Assembly (NCBI RefSeq): GCF_006345805.1
Contig: NC_043005.1
Location: forward strand, 19,530,001 to 19,594,000
Reading direction: 5' to 3'
Length of the DNA stretch: 64,000 nt
Source: Octopus sinensis
Taxonomy: Eukaryota
Of this stretch, positions 26,099-39,060 are shown one piece after another. The position numbers were made by a program, and so were the translations under genes. A model generated the notes under the pieces. That model was not told the origin of the DNA. It saw only the letters and a list, made by a program, of their open reading frames with translations, and searched no databases. Within the stretch, counting starts at the first letter, position 1. The number at the start of each line of letters is the position of its first letter.

Positions 26099-26822
26099 GG
26101 TACTAGTTGCGTAGACTGGACCCGGTTTGCGCACATGTGTAGCGTGCTAGCCAGACGTAGGCAGTCGATCCTACGAGCTGACTGACGCATGCACGATATA
26201 TACGATATATACTTGTATACCTACCATATATATATATACCTACCATATTCTGAGCGCCTTGTTTCCCTGGGCATGGATTCACTGAAGCTCCGGCGTTTGG
26301 CGACGGACTTGGTAAACACCCACAAAGTTATCAACCACCTCACCAACAACAACACTGAACACCTTTTTGATCTCCATGTGTCTAACACACGTGGACATGC
26401 CTACAAAGTCAGAAAACAATACAGCTCCCATGACTTTCGGAAACATTTTTTCACGCTCAGAGTTGCTGAAGCATGGAATAAACTGCCTGCGTCAGTTGTT
26501 GACTGCCATGACACTGCATCTTTTAAGGCCCTCATGCTTTCCGAAATCCGCCGAAACTTCACCTGATTATATATACACTTTAGATGAGTTGTAGTGCACC
26601 TGAGCACTGTACACAATTATTATTATTATTATTATTATTATTATACGATATATACTTATATATATCGTATACAAGTATATATCGTATATATCGATGCAAG
26701 TATATATCATATATATCGTGCATGCGCCAGTCAGCTCGTAGAATTGACTGCCTACGTCTGGCTAGCACGGACGCGCGTCTACGCGTGTGCGCAAACCGGG
26801 TCCAGTCTACGCTACTAGTACC
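26099..26822. mobile_element. Palindromic (fold-back) MITE-like element
   Basis: ~120-bp inverted arms ggtactagttgcgtagactggacccggtttgcgcac.. / ..gtgcgcaaaccgggtccagtctacgctactagtacc. Confidence 0.85.
26238..26643 (+). mobile_element. 5'-truncated CR1-clade LINE 3' end
   Basis: YSERLVSLGMDSLKLRR..NTRGHAYKV..FFTLRVAEAWNKLPASVV (CR1 RT C-terminus); (ATT)n tail 26616-26643. Confidence 0.9.
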
Positions 26823-27245
26823 CTATTTACTGGCAGCGAACGACTTTCGGTGGTAGGATAACTCACCAAACTATATTTCTCACAATGAGAAAAAATTTTC
26901 ACTTCATGTGAACACTTCAAATACAGTTTTCCAATAATGGTAAATGTTGTTGTTGTAAAAACAAAGTATTTGAAGGATACGCCCACTAGACAATGAGAAA
27001 AAAATTTACTATGGACCATATTACTGAACCACAAGTAGACCAACATCCTGAATTCAGTGAGGTTTTCCTGTTTGTAAAACATATAAGCACAGTCAACGAC
27101 CCTCACCAGGTCCAAGAGAAAAGTCTTACCTTGCAACAGCTTCTTTTGGCCGGCTAAACACAGCCGACTATCTTCTTCAATGCACAACACAATGACGCAT
27201 GCGCACACTGACAACTGAGACTCATAGGAAATAAGCAAGCTACTT

Positions 27246-29250
27246 TATTTCATTTCATTTGCCATAGAGGCAGCACAAAGATGGGTGGAGGCGCAATGGC
27301 CCAGTGGTTAGGGCAGCGGACTCGCGGTCGTAGGATCGCGGTTGGTTTAGATTCCCAGACCGGGCGTTGTGAGTGTTTATTGAGCGAAAACACCTAAAGC
27401 TCCACGAGGCTCAGGCAGGGATGGTGGTGATCCCTGCTGTACTCTTTCACCACAACTTTCTCTTACTCTTACTTCCTGTTTCTGTTGTACCTGTATTTCA
27501 AAGGGCCGGTCTTGTCACTCTCTGTGTCACGCTGAATATCCCCGAGAACTGCGTTAAGGGTACACGTGTCTGTGGAGTGCTCAGCCACTTACACGTTAAT
27601 TTCACGAGCAGGCTGTTCCGTTGATCGGATCAACCGGAACCCTCGTCGTCGTAACCGACGGAGTGCTTCCACACACACCACACAAAGATGGGTAGCTTTG
27701 CGGGTTGGACATAGACATTAATGAGGCGGATGATTATGATTAAAAAATAATAAAGAAGAGAGAAGGCAGAAAGCGCCCGCCGACTCTCTGCTTCTCTAAA
27801 ACATTGTTCTTTAAAAATGCATATACAGAGGTATTAACCTTCTTACAATTTAAGATACAATATATTTGGACTAAAAAGTCCATACAATTATAAATTACAA
27901 TTTATACACAAATTAGAGGCGATAAACCTCTACAATTCTTTCCCGAGTAAATTTCTTGCAACTTGCAAGCATTGCTGCCACCGAAATCTGGGACTCCAAA
28001 ACAGGATTCTATAATTCTTGTTTTTACACGAGTCAATTATCAGATCACAATACTTTCCTTCCAGCACCAGGGCATTCACCTGCGAAGGACACTCAGGGCT
28101 GTCAATATAATTCGGTTCCCTCAGGACCCGACTATCCATATAATTCTCCACGAAACTGTCAAAAGCTCTTCCCCTGAGATAGCAGAACATACATTCTTCA
28201 CCACCTTCACTGGAAGGGGCCTCAACTCCTTCATTCGGAAGCACACATCCCACTGACGAGGTCATCTTCGTCCCCCCTCCGGTGGCGCACATACCACCGA
28301 AGGGGTTTCGGGCTATTCCGTCACCGGCAATGGCCCGTTTTTTCTTTTTTCTCTTCTTTTTTTTCCTTTTACGACGGGAAGGTGGAGTTCCTTCGACATC
28401 TCCGGAGGACCCTCCCTCGCCCCCGCCGTCTCAGGATTCATCGGTGGGCAACCAGTGTTGTCCCTCTTCTTTCTTTTCTTCCCCTTTGTTTTCGAGGAGG
28501 TTACCCCCTCCTCAACTTTTTCCTCTACTGGGGGAGCAGGGAACACCTCTTCAATTAATTGTTCCAGGACCTTTGCTTGGTCCCGGCAACAGTTCTTCCT
28601 TATGTGGCCCGATTCCTGGCACAAGTGACACTTGAGGGTGGGGTGTCCCTCAACCATCGCCGGGTACCTGGAACCGGCCATTATTTAAAAATCTGGTAAA
28701 TCCAGATCATCGGCTGATTGAGTCCATAGGGTCAAAATTGCTTTTGTCCCGACCCAATCAACCGCAGGCAACATTTTAACATTTAAGAGCTTGGCAGGGC
28801 CGCCACCCAGGCCCCGAAGGATAGTGTCTTCTATCCCTTCGGCCTCTATATCGGGTGGCAGCTCGCACACCCAGGCTCTTGTCAACCCTCTACCGCCATA
28901 AGTAGGGAGAAACAAAATTTTCTCCCCCTCCAAAGGCGTGTTCGCAAAATTACGAGCTTCCGCAGGAGTGTTAAAAAGTACACACACAGTTTCACACTTC
29001 ACACCCCTGCGGATAAACTTAACAGTTGGAGATAGTCTGCCAACTCCTCCTCAATTTCTTCCTCAGAGAAGACTTTGATGGTGTCAAGAACCCTAGAATA
29101 AGTCCTTAACATCACCGTTCTCTCCGTATAATTTTTAACCCTTTCTTTGGGGGCCAGAATTTGCCACTCCAAAGCGGATTTCACCGGTGCCATGTTGATA
29201 GCCAAAACAGGAAAAGTCTACAAACAAAAATCAAAATGTTCAAATGAAAG
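27246..29250 (-). mobile_element. Tx1/L1-like derivative copy 2: frameshifted gag-like ORF1 + APE stub + 3' UTR, no RT
   Basis: ORF1 pieces 28999-29205, 28685-29002, 28313-28681 with CCHC knuckle CHLCQESGHIRKNC; APE-like EGKYCDLIID..YRILFWSP in 27930-28292. Confidence 0.75.
27287..27680 (+). mobile_element. tRNA-derived SINE, family B (full length)
   Basis: ggaggcgcaatggcccagtggttagggc head; tail gtcgtaaccgacggagtgc; 13-bp TSD cacaaagatgggt (27274-27286, 27681-27693). Confidence 0.95.
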
Positions 29251-29589
29251 TCTATAAAGAAACTCAAAAAAAAGATCAGAAAGACAGACAGGAGAAGAAA
29301 GAGCTAAAGAAAATAGTCCAAAATGCAACACAACACAATTCTGCTATTCTGGTAATCCAAACTCGTAGTCCTTCGCAGCGTCCAACTCTGGTGGTAATAC
29401 AACTCAAAGACACCGCATTAACAAATAAATATCCTTCATTATTAAATAACAACCATGTCTGAATTCTAACTGTTGAGAAAGAGGGACACCAACTACCAAT
29501 AACAATTCTATAAACCTTAGTGGGGCCTCTGCTACAACCACTGCTAGGTGTAAAGATGGACAACTGCTCTAAGCCAAGACAACCACTAC

Positions 29590-30720
29590 TACTAGCTAGG
29601 TGATATTGTTATTTGAATAGGAGTTTTGAAAAGATCTTGTTTTTAATGTTTTCGTATATGTATGAGTGTTTAAGTCAAGCAGACTATTTTCTTTTTTGTG
29701 TAGTTGTATCTGCCAAGTCTTACCATGTATTTTTGCATCGGTTATACTTATTTGTTTCCTTTGGGTTCAATGTAGGCTGACTGTTTGTAGTTCAACTCTT
29801 TGTTGTATTAATTTATCTGCGTGCCTGTGAAGAAAATCTAGGTGGATGATTTATCATCTTTGGAGTTTGGATCATCTTTTGAATATTGATGATAATTTGG
29901 TGACTTTAGCGTGTTGTAATTTCATTCCCTGTTTAGTAAGTGGATATTCAAGCATTTTTCGGTGGTTCATAGCAGAAGATTACGGAACCATTTACTTACG
30001 ACGGCGACAAGTCTAGTATTTCTCGTTTCGCATTTGCAGTAATGCTATTTTCTTTCATTTTTCATTGTGTTATGACAGGGATGTTGCCTTTCTTTTCTAT
30101 GTCTTCTGGAATGTGCATGTAAATGTCATTGAGTGTTTCACTAGTAGCGCTGGTACAATTTTTCAGTTTTATTATCTTTGATAACAGCTGGTTTATAGAA
30201 TATGTTTGTTTCGATATAACGGGAATGCTATTGTTGTAATGTAGTTGTATAAGTTTATATTTGTGTATTTGTATGTTCATCGGTGTGTTGTTCTTTAATG
30301 ATTGATGGTTTTGTGCCGTAGGAGCTAACTTTCGTATTGTTTTTGCTGAATAATGTGATATTTGTTCTTTTGGAAAGTGTTTAGTGATCACTGCTAGGAT
30401 ACAGCGTGCTACATTTGCGGTTAGGTTTAAAGTGGGTTGACTCAAATTGAGTTTTTCTGCTTTCTTTTTCTCTGTTCGCTTGAGGCGCCTAAGGGATATA
30501 TAGCGTTTTTTTTTCTCTCTTTTAATCAACTTGCTTTTACAGTTTCATTGTAGAATGATGCCGCTTGAATAAATATTTTTTTGTAGACAAAATTGTTGAT
30601 AACATCCATATTAATATTAATACTCTCTGTTTCAAAAGTTTATATGTAAACTTAAATGCAATATCATCACCTTCATACACACATGTAGAATGAAAGAAGC
30701 TTTTATAATGTGTTTCTACT
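29590..30720 (-). mobile_element. Decayed Penelope-like element (RT C-terminus/linker and GIY-YIG region)
   Basis: NLTANVARCILAVITKHFPKEQ..KTIRKL resembles the PLE linker (TNIGK.FL.LI.KHFPK); downstream frames broken. Confidence 0.6.
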
Positions 30721-30742
30721 TTCTATTATGTATCTGTGTGTA

Positions 30743-30793
<51 letters not shown>

Positions 30794-32226
30794 TCACTAA
30801 AAGTGACCAAACAGTACAATGAATACCAGCATTGCTAGAAATAGGAGCCAAAGACTCCTTAGCCACAAAATGTCACGTTCTATTTGGAGTGACAGGGGAA
30901 ACAACATCTCCCCACCGTGAGCGAGCTGCATTAGATTGACATGTTAATTTTGTATAAGAAATTAATACTCGTCAGAGTAATGCTTACTCCATCACCACCC
31001 GTGATGGAGTAAGCATAAATCTGAAGAAATTACGAGTTTTAGCAAAGCAGAAAAAAATTTATGCAACGATATGAGATTCCTACATCAGGAAAAGTTAAAA
31101 ACAATGACGGAAAGTAATGGTGCTTTGTGATTGAATCCCTTGTAATATTTCCTCTGCACCAAATTATAAACGCATCCTCGATACTCTCACAATCAGAAAA
31201 GCAGTGAGTGGCCTGTTATATACCTCCAATCAACGATGCAATTGTTCACAAACAGTGATGTCAAATATGTGATTGTTGACCTAATCAGTTGGGTAATGAG
31301 TCATGACTTTGTCTCACTATAAGGTCGAACTCGGTACCAGAAAATATTTAGCAAAAATCTCATTTATTCACTATTGCTGCTGCTGCTGCTGGTGGTGGTG
31401 GTGGTGGTGTGGAGAGGTTGTTTAGCCATATTAATCTTGATTAAAGATCTTGTGATCAAAAGTGTTCCAGCCAAAACGATTTCCCAGAAAATGCCTGGGA
31501 CTACATTATTCAATAGATGCTACAATATGTACTACAATATGTACTGTCCCAGTACCTGTAGGCTTCATATTATAATACATGGTCTACCAAGAGTCCCACA
31601 CTGACCCATTTACTAAGGGCAATAAACAAAAGGATTATTCCATCTTCAGCTAACCAGATCAGCTTTTCTAAAAGATATTTTCAGCAGCTTAACCTTTAAA
31701 AAGGTTGATCAGCATATACCAAAATAGGTAATCGATTAAAATTGTTTCTTAATCACATTTTCTCGAATGTGCTAAGGAAAGATGCGACCGAACACATTAT
31801 TTGGTCTGGGGAGAGCAACCCATTACTCCCTTTGCCGCAATCTTCTGCTGTTTAATTACTCTCTTTTGTTTCATTTTCTTTGTTAACCTGGCGAGAGTTT
31901 TTTCTTGATAATTTCATCTGTTATACATTTAATGTTTTTTTTTCATGTAAATATATCTATCTATATATATATGTAAAAGTGAGTTTGTGTGTGTGTGTTC
32001 TGTGTGTAAACCCGCGTAATTTCTGATTTTCTCCAAACTGGGAACATACATTACTTCTGTTCCAGAGATTGTTTTAGACCCTTAAATTTTTTCACAATGA
32101 GTAATGGGCCTCTGGGTGCAGAAAATACCCTTTCCTGGGTTACGTTGTGAAGGAAGGCAACTCTATTGTCACCCTTATATTCATTGGTAATAAAATTATC
32201 AGAATCTCAATTGGCTGTGTGAAAGA

Positions 32227-32900
32227 GTGATACAGGCTCCGAAAAACAGCACTGTAAGTAAAATTAATGAGCAGCTACTGCAGTACCGTCCTGGAAGTCC
32301 TTTCATCTATAAGTCAGTTGATACAATCCCAGACCCAGAAGAGGTGATAAATCATCCAACAGAATTTCTCAGTTCATCAGAGCCTCCAGGACCACCTCCC
32401 CACAGACTGGAACTTATATTGGGTACTCCAGTAATGTTATTGAAGAATTTAGATCCATCAACACCCTGCAGTGGAACACGCCTGGTAGTAAAGAAGATGA
32501 TACCACATGTTATTGAGGTCACCATTTTCTCTGGATGTAGAAAAGGAGAGGATGTTTCCATACCCAGATTTCCTCTCATTCCATTGGGAGCAGAAATTCC
32601 TTTTTCGTTCAGAAGAGTGTAATTTCTTATTCGTATCAGCTTCGCAATGTCTATCAATATATCCCAGGGTCAAACACTGTCTGTGGTAGGACTTCACTTG
32701 GAAGAATTTTGCTTCTCATACGGGCAATATGTTGGCTAAAGTGGGAAGCAAAAACAATTATATTTGCATTTGTTCCACAAGGGAAAACACCAAGAGGTTT
32801 TGTAGGAACTATATCTTATGATGTGGTCCAGTATCCACCCCTCTTTGTGAATGGGGAAGATGGATACCACTTCGGCATAATACCAACAAAGCCAAAGACT
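32227..32900 (+). mobile_element. Helitron RepHel fragments (PIF1 helicase C-terminus plus an N-terminal-region piece)
   Basis: PPHRLELILGTPVMLLKNL..CSGTRLVV, RV*FLIRISFAMSINISQGQTL..CFSYGQ; then SYDVVQYPPLFVNGEDGYHF. Confidence 0.9.
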
Positions 32901-33540
32901 GCACCAACAAAGCAGTTTCCTACATTGACTTCAGTATCAAAACATATTCTCCAATTACTCCTACCAACCACGTGGTAAGCTATTACGCCTTATTTTTTTC
33001 AAGTAATTCATTACTACATATTCTCATGTTACTGCGTAGACTCAGTTTATGTTTCTTATTCTACAACCACACCAGCAATCCAATGTCAACCCTTCTCCTT
33101 CAGCAACATTTCAACTTCCCCGTTGCCATCTCCCATTTCAGCTCCCTTCCGGAATGTACCCATTTATGTACAATATCTCCATTGCACCTACATTCATTCG
33201 ACCGTCAGCCATACAACAGGTCATATTAGACGCAGCGTCAACCGTTGCAAAGGAGAGTATATCCACTGACAGCTTTCCAGTGCGCTCAAAAATTACATAC
33301 ACTCCAACCTCCAATTTTCCATGACAGGTTAGGGCCTTAAATCCTCCAAATAGATGAACGATACATCGCTTAGTTGAATTAGCTCATCATTGACTTCACA
33401 AATGTTGTGTCGGCAATGCTGCACTTTCCGTTATCACATCTCAACGTAACTAATATATATACAAACTATGCCATTTTAGATCCTGAGCAATGCTAGGTAT
33501 CTTTGCTAGTTCATAATCAAATTGCTTCTATTGTGGTCAT

Positions 33541-33575
<35 letters not shown>

Positions 33576-34145
33576 GAAAGAAAGTTTGAAAAAAACTGCA
33601 CTTTGTTATATATATATATATATACATATACATACACATATATACATACACATATATACACACACATATATACACACATATATATATATACACACATATA
33701 TACACATATATATATATACACACATATATATATACACACATATATATATATACACACATATATATATACACACATATATATACATATATATACACATATA
33801 TATATATACATATATATGCATATATATACATATAAATGCATATATATACATATATATGCATATATATACATATAAATGCATATATATACATATATATGCA
33901 TATATATACATATATATATACATATATATATACATACATATACATATATATACATATATATACATATACATATATATACATATATACATATATATACATA
34001 TACATACATATACATATATATACATATATATATATACATACATATACATATATATACATATATATATATACATATACATATATATATATATATACGTATA
34101 TATACATATACATATATACGTATATATACATATACATATATATAT
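33541..34145. repeat. Complex (TA)/(TACA) microsatellite
   Basis: Directly visible. Confidence 0.98.
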
Positions 34146-35014
34146 AAAAGGTTACGTCTAAATGCAACGGGGAGGAGTTTCGTGACCGTCGGGATGTTGA
34201 CAGCGAGGAGGGTGACGAAGAGGCACCGAAGGAGAACGTTGTCATAACTCTCATGCAAAAAGAGCGCAGCCAGACACTTCTGCGGATTTTAAAGTCAAGG
34301 AGGAACAAGGCAGGGAAGAATTTTAAATTTGGAGCAAATGTGCAAAACGGGTTGACCAGAGATTTAAATCCTGGTAAAATTAAAAATACATCTCTAGTTG
34401 AGTAAACACTGCTTGGCCACCTGCAGTGATATCCAGTGTGTGTGTATATTACATTTTATAATAATATATATATGACAGAGGTGTTTAAACCCTCTAAGGG
34501 AGAGATGTATACTCCCAGTAATTATGATCCTTGTTATAAGGTAGACAGCAGCAGGTGTTTTAAAAGGTAAACCATATATTTTCTAAGCAATGTCCAAGTC
34601 TCTATTTGTTTATTCAGCCAGCAAGGAAGTCATAAAAACAAGAAACCATCCAAACTTGTGGTAAGCAACATTTATTAAAATAAAAGTATTCAGAACACAG
34701 AATAACATGTAACAAAAACAATTTGCAAACATATTTACATATGTAACTATACACATCTGTGTGTGTATGTATATATGTATATATCTAGGCTTTATTTTGA
34801 GATTACCAATATTCGCAAATAAAATACAGACAGGAGTTTTAGTGCACCAAGATAAGAGAAAAAAATCTATCAGAAAGGAACTCTATCTCTCTTAAAAAAA
34901 TATCTTTTGATAAGCATAACAAATGCGCAACCGGTAAAAAGAACTTTCACCTAATTAAATACACTCTCCCTTACTTAAATTATTTTGTCAGCATTTTCTT
35001 CATTTCCTTTTTTT

Positions 35015-35106
35015 ATATATATATATACATATATAGATATATATATATACATATATATAATATATATATATATACTATATATATATACATATACATATAT
35101 ATATAC

Positions 35107-35137
<31 letters not shown>

Positions 35138-35346
35138 CATATACATATATATATATACATATATATATATACATATATATATACATATCATATATATAAT
35201 ACCTATATATATAATAACATATACATATATTACATATACATATATATACATATATATATATAATACATATACATATATACATATACATATATATATATAT
35301 AATATATACATATATATATATATATCATATAATATATATACATATA

Positions 35347-35377
<31 letters not shown>

Positions 35378-35439
35378 CATATACTATATATATACATATA
35401 TATATACATATAATATACATATATATACATATATATATC

Positions 35440-35472
<33 letters not shown>

Positions 35473-35565
35473 CATATATATATACATATATATATATATA
35501 CATATATATATACATATATATATACTATATACATATATATATATTATATATACATATATATATAC

Positions 35566-35596
<31 letters not shown>

Positions 35597-35604
35597 ATAT
35601 ATAC

Positions 35605-35653
<49 letters not shown>

Positions 35654-36065
35654 TATATACATATAATATATATATATACATATACATATATAATAACATA
35701 TATATATATACATATATTATATATACATATATAATATATACCATATATATATATACATATATATATATATACATATATTATATATATACATATATATATA
35801 TATTATACATATATATGTACATATATACATATATATACACATATATATATATATACATATATATGTACATATATACATATATATACACATATATAATATA
35901 TACATAATATATACATATATACATATACATATATATATATACATATACATATACATATATATATTACTATATATATGTACATATATATATACATATTATA
36001 TATATATATATATATATAATATATATATATATATATACTATATATATATAATATACATACATATA
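35015..36065. repeat. Complex (TA)/(TACA) microsatellite
   Basis: Directly visible. Confidence 0.98.
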
Positions 36066-36929
36066 TTAATAAATGAAAGAATGGAGTCGAACGAAGATTT
36101 TAACAAAATTCCTTTACTCTCAACACATGTTTTGAAGACTGCATACTCTTAATTCCGAAGGAAAAAAGGGTGCATTATGCTGTCTTCTCATCAGGAAAGA
36201 CAAGGAACCTCTATCAGCCTCAAGACGAACAAAAACTTTTTTATGACTGCCTACAAGGTGTCCACAGTGATAATGAGCGTTTTTTCATAAATCCGTTATA
36301 AGCAATGACGTCAAAATTGGTTGGAAGGACGAAGTTCTGAAAATAAGAAGGGGACTGAATGTATGCTGTATGTATGGGGATGCGCGGGTGTTTGCTCTTG
36401 CTAATGAGTTTGATTGTTTATGTGTGTGTATGAGTGTGTGTATATAACTGTATTTGTGTCTATGTGTGTGTGGTGGGGACAATTGTCAAATATATTTAGT
36501 TGTGGGGTGACAAATTTGTGTCTGTGTGTTTGATTGAGCGTATGATAGAGAGAGATACAGGGAGAGGTAGAGAGGAAGAGATAAACATATGCCAGTGATA
36601 TTTAGTATTAGTGTTTCATGTAACGGAGTAGACATAAAAGAATTTGTTTATGTCAGTGGTGTAGACGTGAAACTAATTATTAAAACCAAAGAGGTTATCT
36701 ATATTATTTATCATTCATATGAGTGGTAAGTGTTTTTTTGCCAATGCTTACATTTATAGGATTTTTCCATTAATGTGTTAACCAAGGGGAACTTGGCGAA
36801 AAGTATATAGAAGAGTTCGGAATTACAAATGCCACAATATTTCCTGCCCTTATCAAAAGGAAAGGATACAGACAATATGGACCAATCCAGCTTGAAAGTT
36901 ATATTGTTGTCCTTAAGACGCCAAACTAA

Positions 36930-37615
36930 TTATATATACACATATATATATATACATATACGTATATACATATATATATATACATATACATATATATATA
37001 TACATATACATATATACATATATATATATACATATATATATATACATATACATATATACATATATATATATACATATATATATACACATATATACATATA
37101 CATATATACCATATATATACACATATATATATACACATATATATATACACACATATATATGCACATATATATACACATATATATACCAATATATATACAC
37201 ATATATATACAACATAATATATACATATATATATACACATAATATAAACAATATATATACATATATATATATACACATATATATATATATACATACATAT
37301 ACACATATAGATATACATATATATACATTACACATATATATAATATATACATATACATATATACATATATATATACTATAACATACATATATACATATAT
37401 ATATATACATTATATATATACAATATATATATATACATATATATAATACATATATATACATATAATACATATATAATACATATATATACATATATATATA
37501 TACATATATATATATACATATATAATACATATATACATAATATATATATACATATATATATACATATAAACATATATATATATGCATATACACATATATA
37601 TATACACATATATAT

Positions 37616-37670
<55 letters not shown>
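36930..37670. repeat. Complex (TA)/(TACA) microsatellite
   Basis: Directly visible. Confidence 0.98.
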
Positions 37671-37673
<3 letters not shown>

Positions 37674-39013
37674 GGTGTCCATAAGTCTCTTTACAATTTA
37701 AAAATTTTATTACAAAGCCAGTTAACAAGATATCTTAACCAGATTTGTTTATTGCAACAGTTGTTTGTTAAAGTTTCTTAACTGTTATTTAATAGACCTC
37801 AGTATGGGCACAATTAGTTACGTGAAGCACATCAAGACGATACTCGATCTCTTGCCATGTTCACTGTACGATAGCCTCATCAACGGTGGCAATGGCAACA
37901 TGAATCGTTTGCTTTAAGTCAGCAATGTCCCATATCTTATTTAATGCACGATATCTTTTACATAACCCCATAAAAAGAAGTCCAAGGAAGTCGTATCTGG
38001 CAAACATGGTGGCCGTGGAATTGGCCCATCCCTTCCAATCCATCAGTCTAGAAATGTTTGAGGAACTGATGAACATGCTGTCCTCAATGTGGTGGTGCAC
38101 CATCTTGCTGGAAAATGATGGTTGGTTGTAAATCAATCAGTTGTGGTGCCACATATTTGGTCAGAAGGTCGGTTTAAACATCTGCAGTAATTACAGTAAT
38201 TGCAGTAATTGTTGCCTCGTTGAAGAAAAATGGACCAATTATTCAATTGCACGATTCCACACCACACATTCACTTTTGGACTATCCCGTTGAAGCTCCTT
38301 AGTCACATGGGGGTGTTCTGATCCCCAGATTCTCACATTGTGTCAGTTTAATTTCCCTGAAACATGAAAAGTTGCCTCATCAGTAATACAAACTCGCTTG
38401 AGGAATGCTTCATCCTCAGAAATGTGTTTCAGCATATTGAGTGCAAACTCTTTTTGTTTTGGCTTGTCATTTGGCTCAAGTGCCTGTAACAGTTGCACTT
38501 TATAAGTGTACAACCGTAAGTTCTTGTGGAGGACCTTGTGCACTGTTGAATGTGGTAGTTGCAACTGTCTGGCATCGGTGAGGATGGACTTTGTAGGAGA
38601 ACGGGCAAAGGCTTTTGAAACATGATCCATGTTTTCATCAGATGTTTTTGGTCACCCGCTCCTTCCTTTATCCAACTCTGTACTTGTCTCCATAAATTTC
38701 TTGTGCCATGCAAGAATTGAAGGACGCAATGGTGGATATCTTCCATACTTAGTTCTGTAGTTTTGTTGAGTCTGAACCTCTGATTTTGTCTCAATAAACC
38801 AGGATACACATTGTGCCTTTTCATAAGGGGGTAGCCATTTTATAAGGGTTCAGTGAATCAGTTCCCTTCCATCAACAGAGTATCTGGAACACAAAAATTT
38901 AATATCAATAAAAACTTTAATAAACAATTAAATTAAAACAAATCTGGTTAAAATATTACAACTGCCTTTGTAATAATTTTTTTAAATTGTAAAGAGATTT
39001 TATGGACACCTTG
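37671..39013 (-). mobile_element. Tc1/mariner-superfamily DNA transposon (~1.34 kb), disrupted transposase
   Basis: TIRs cagggtgtccataagtctctttacaattt / aaattgtaaagagattttatggacaccttg within TA tracts; minus-strand TDEATFH..LN, RIWGSEHP, PKVNVWCG, QQDGAPPH, DFFLWGYVK in shifting frames. Confidence 0.92.
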
Positions 39014-39023
39014 TATATACATA

Positions 39024-39060
<37 letters not shown>

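Larger units (their letters stand above)
25709..27231 (-). mobile_element. Tx1/L1-like derivative copy 1 (degenerate APE N-terminus + 3' UTR), interrupted by a MITE
   Basis: 3' UTR homologous to copy 2 (gagagaaggc..gcccgcc..cttctctaaaacattgttcttt); APE-like FFSHCLVGVS..GKLYL in ORF 26807-27238. Confidence 0.55.

Noticed and set aside
32972-33400. Short overlapping ORFs after the Helitron fragment
   Set aside because: No recognisable motif in any frame
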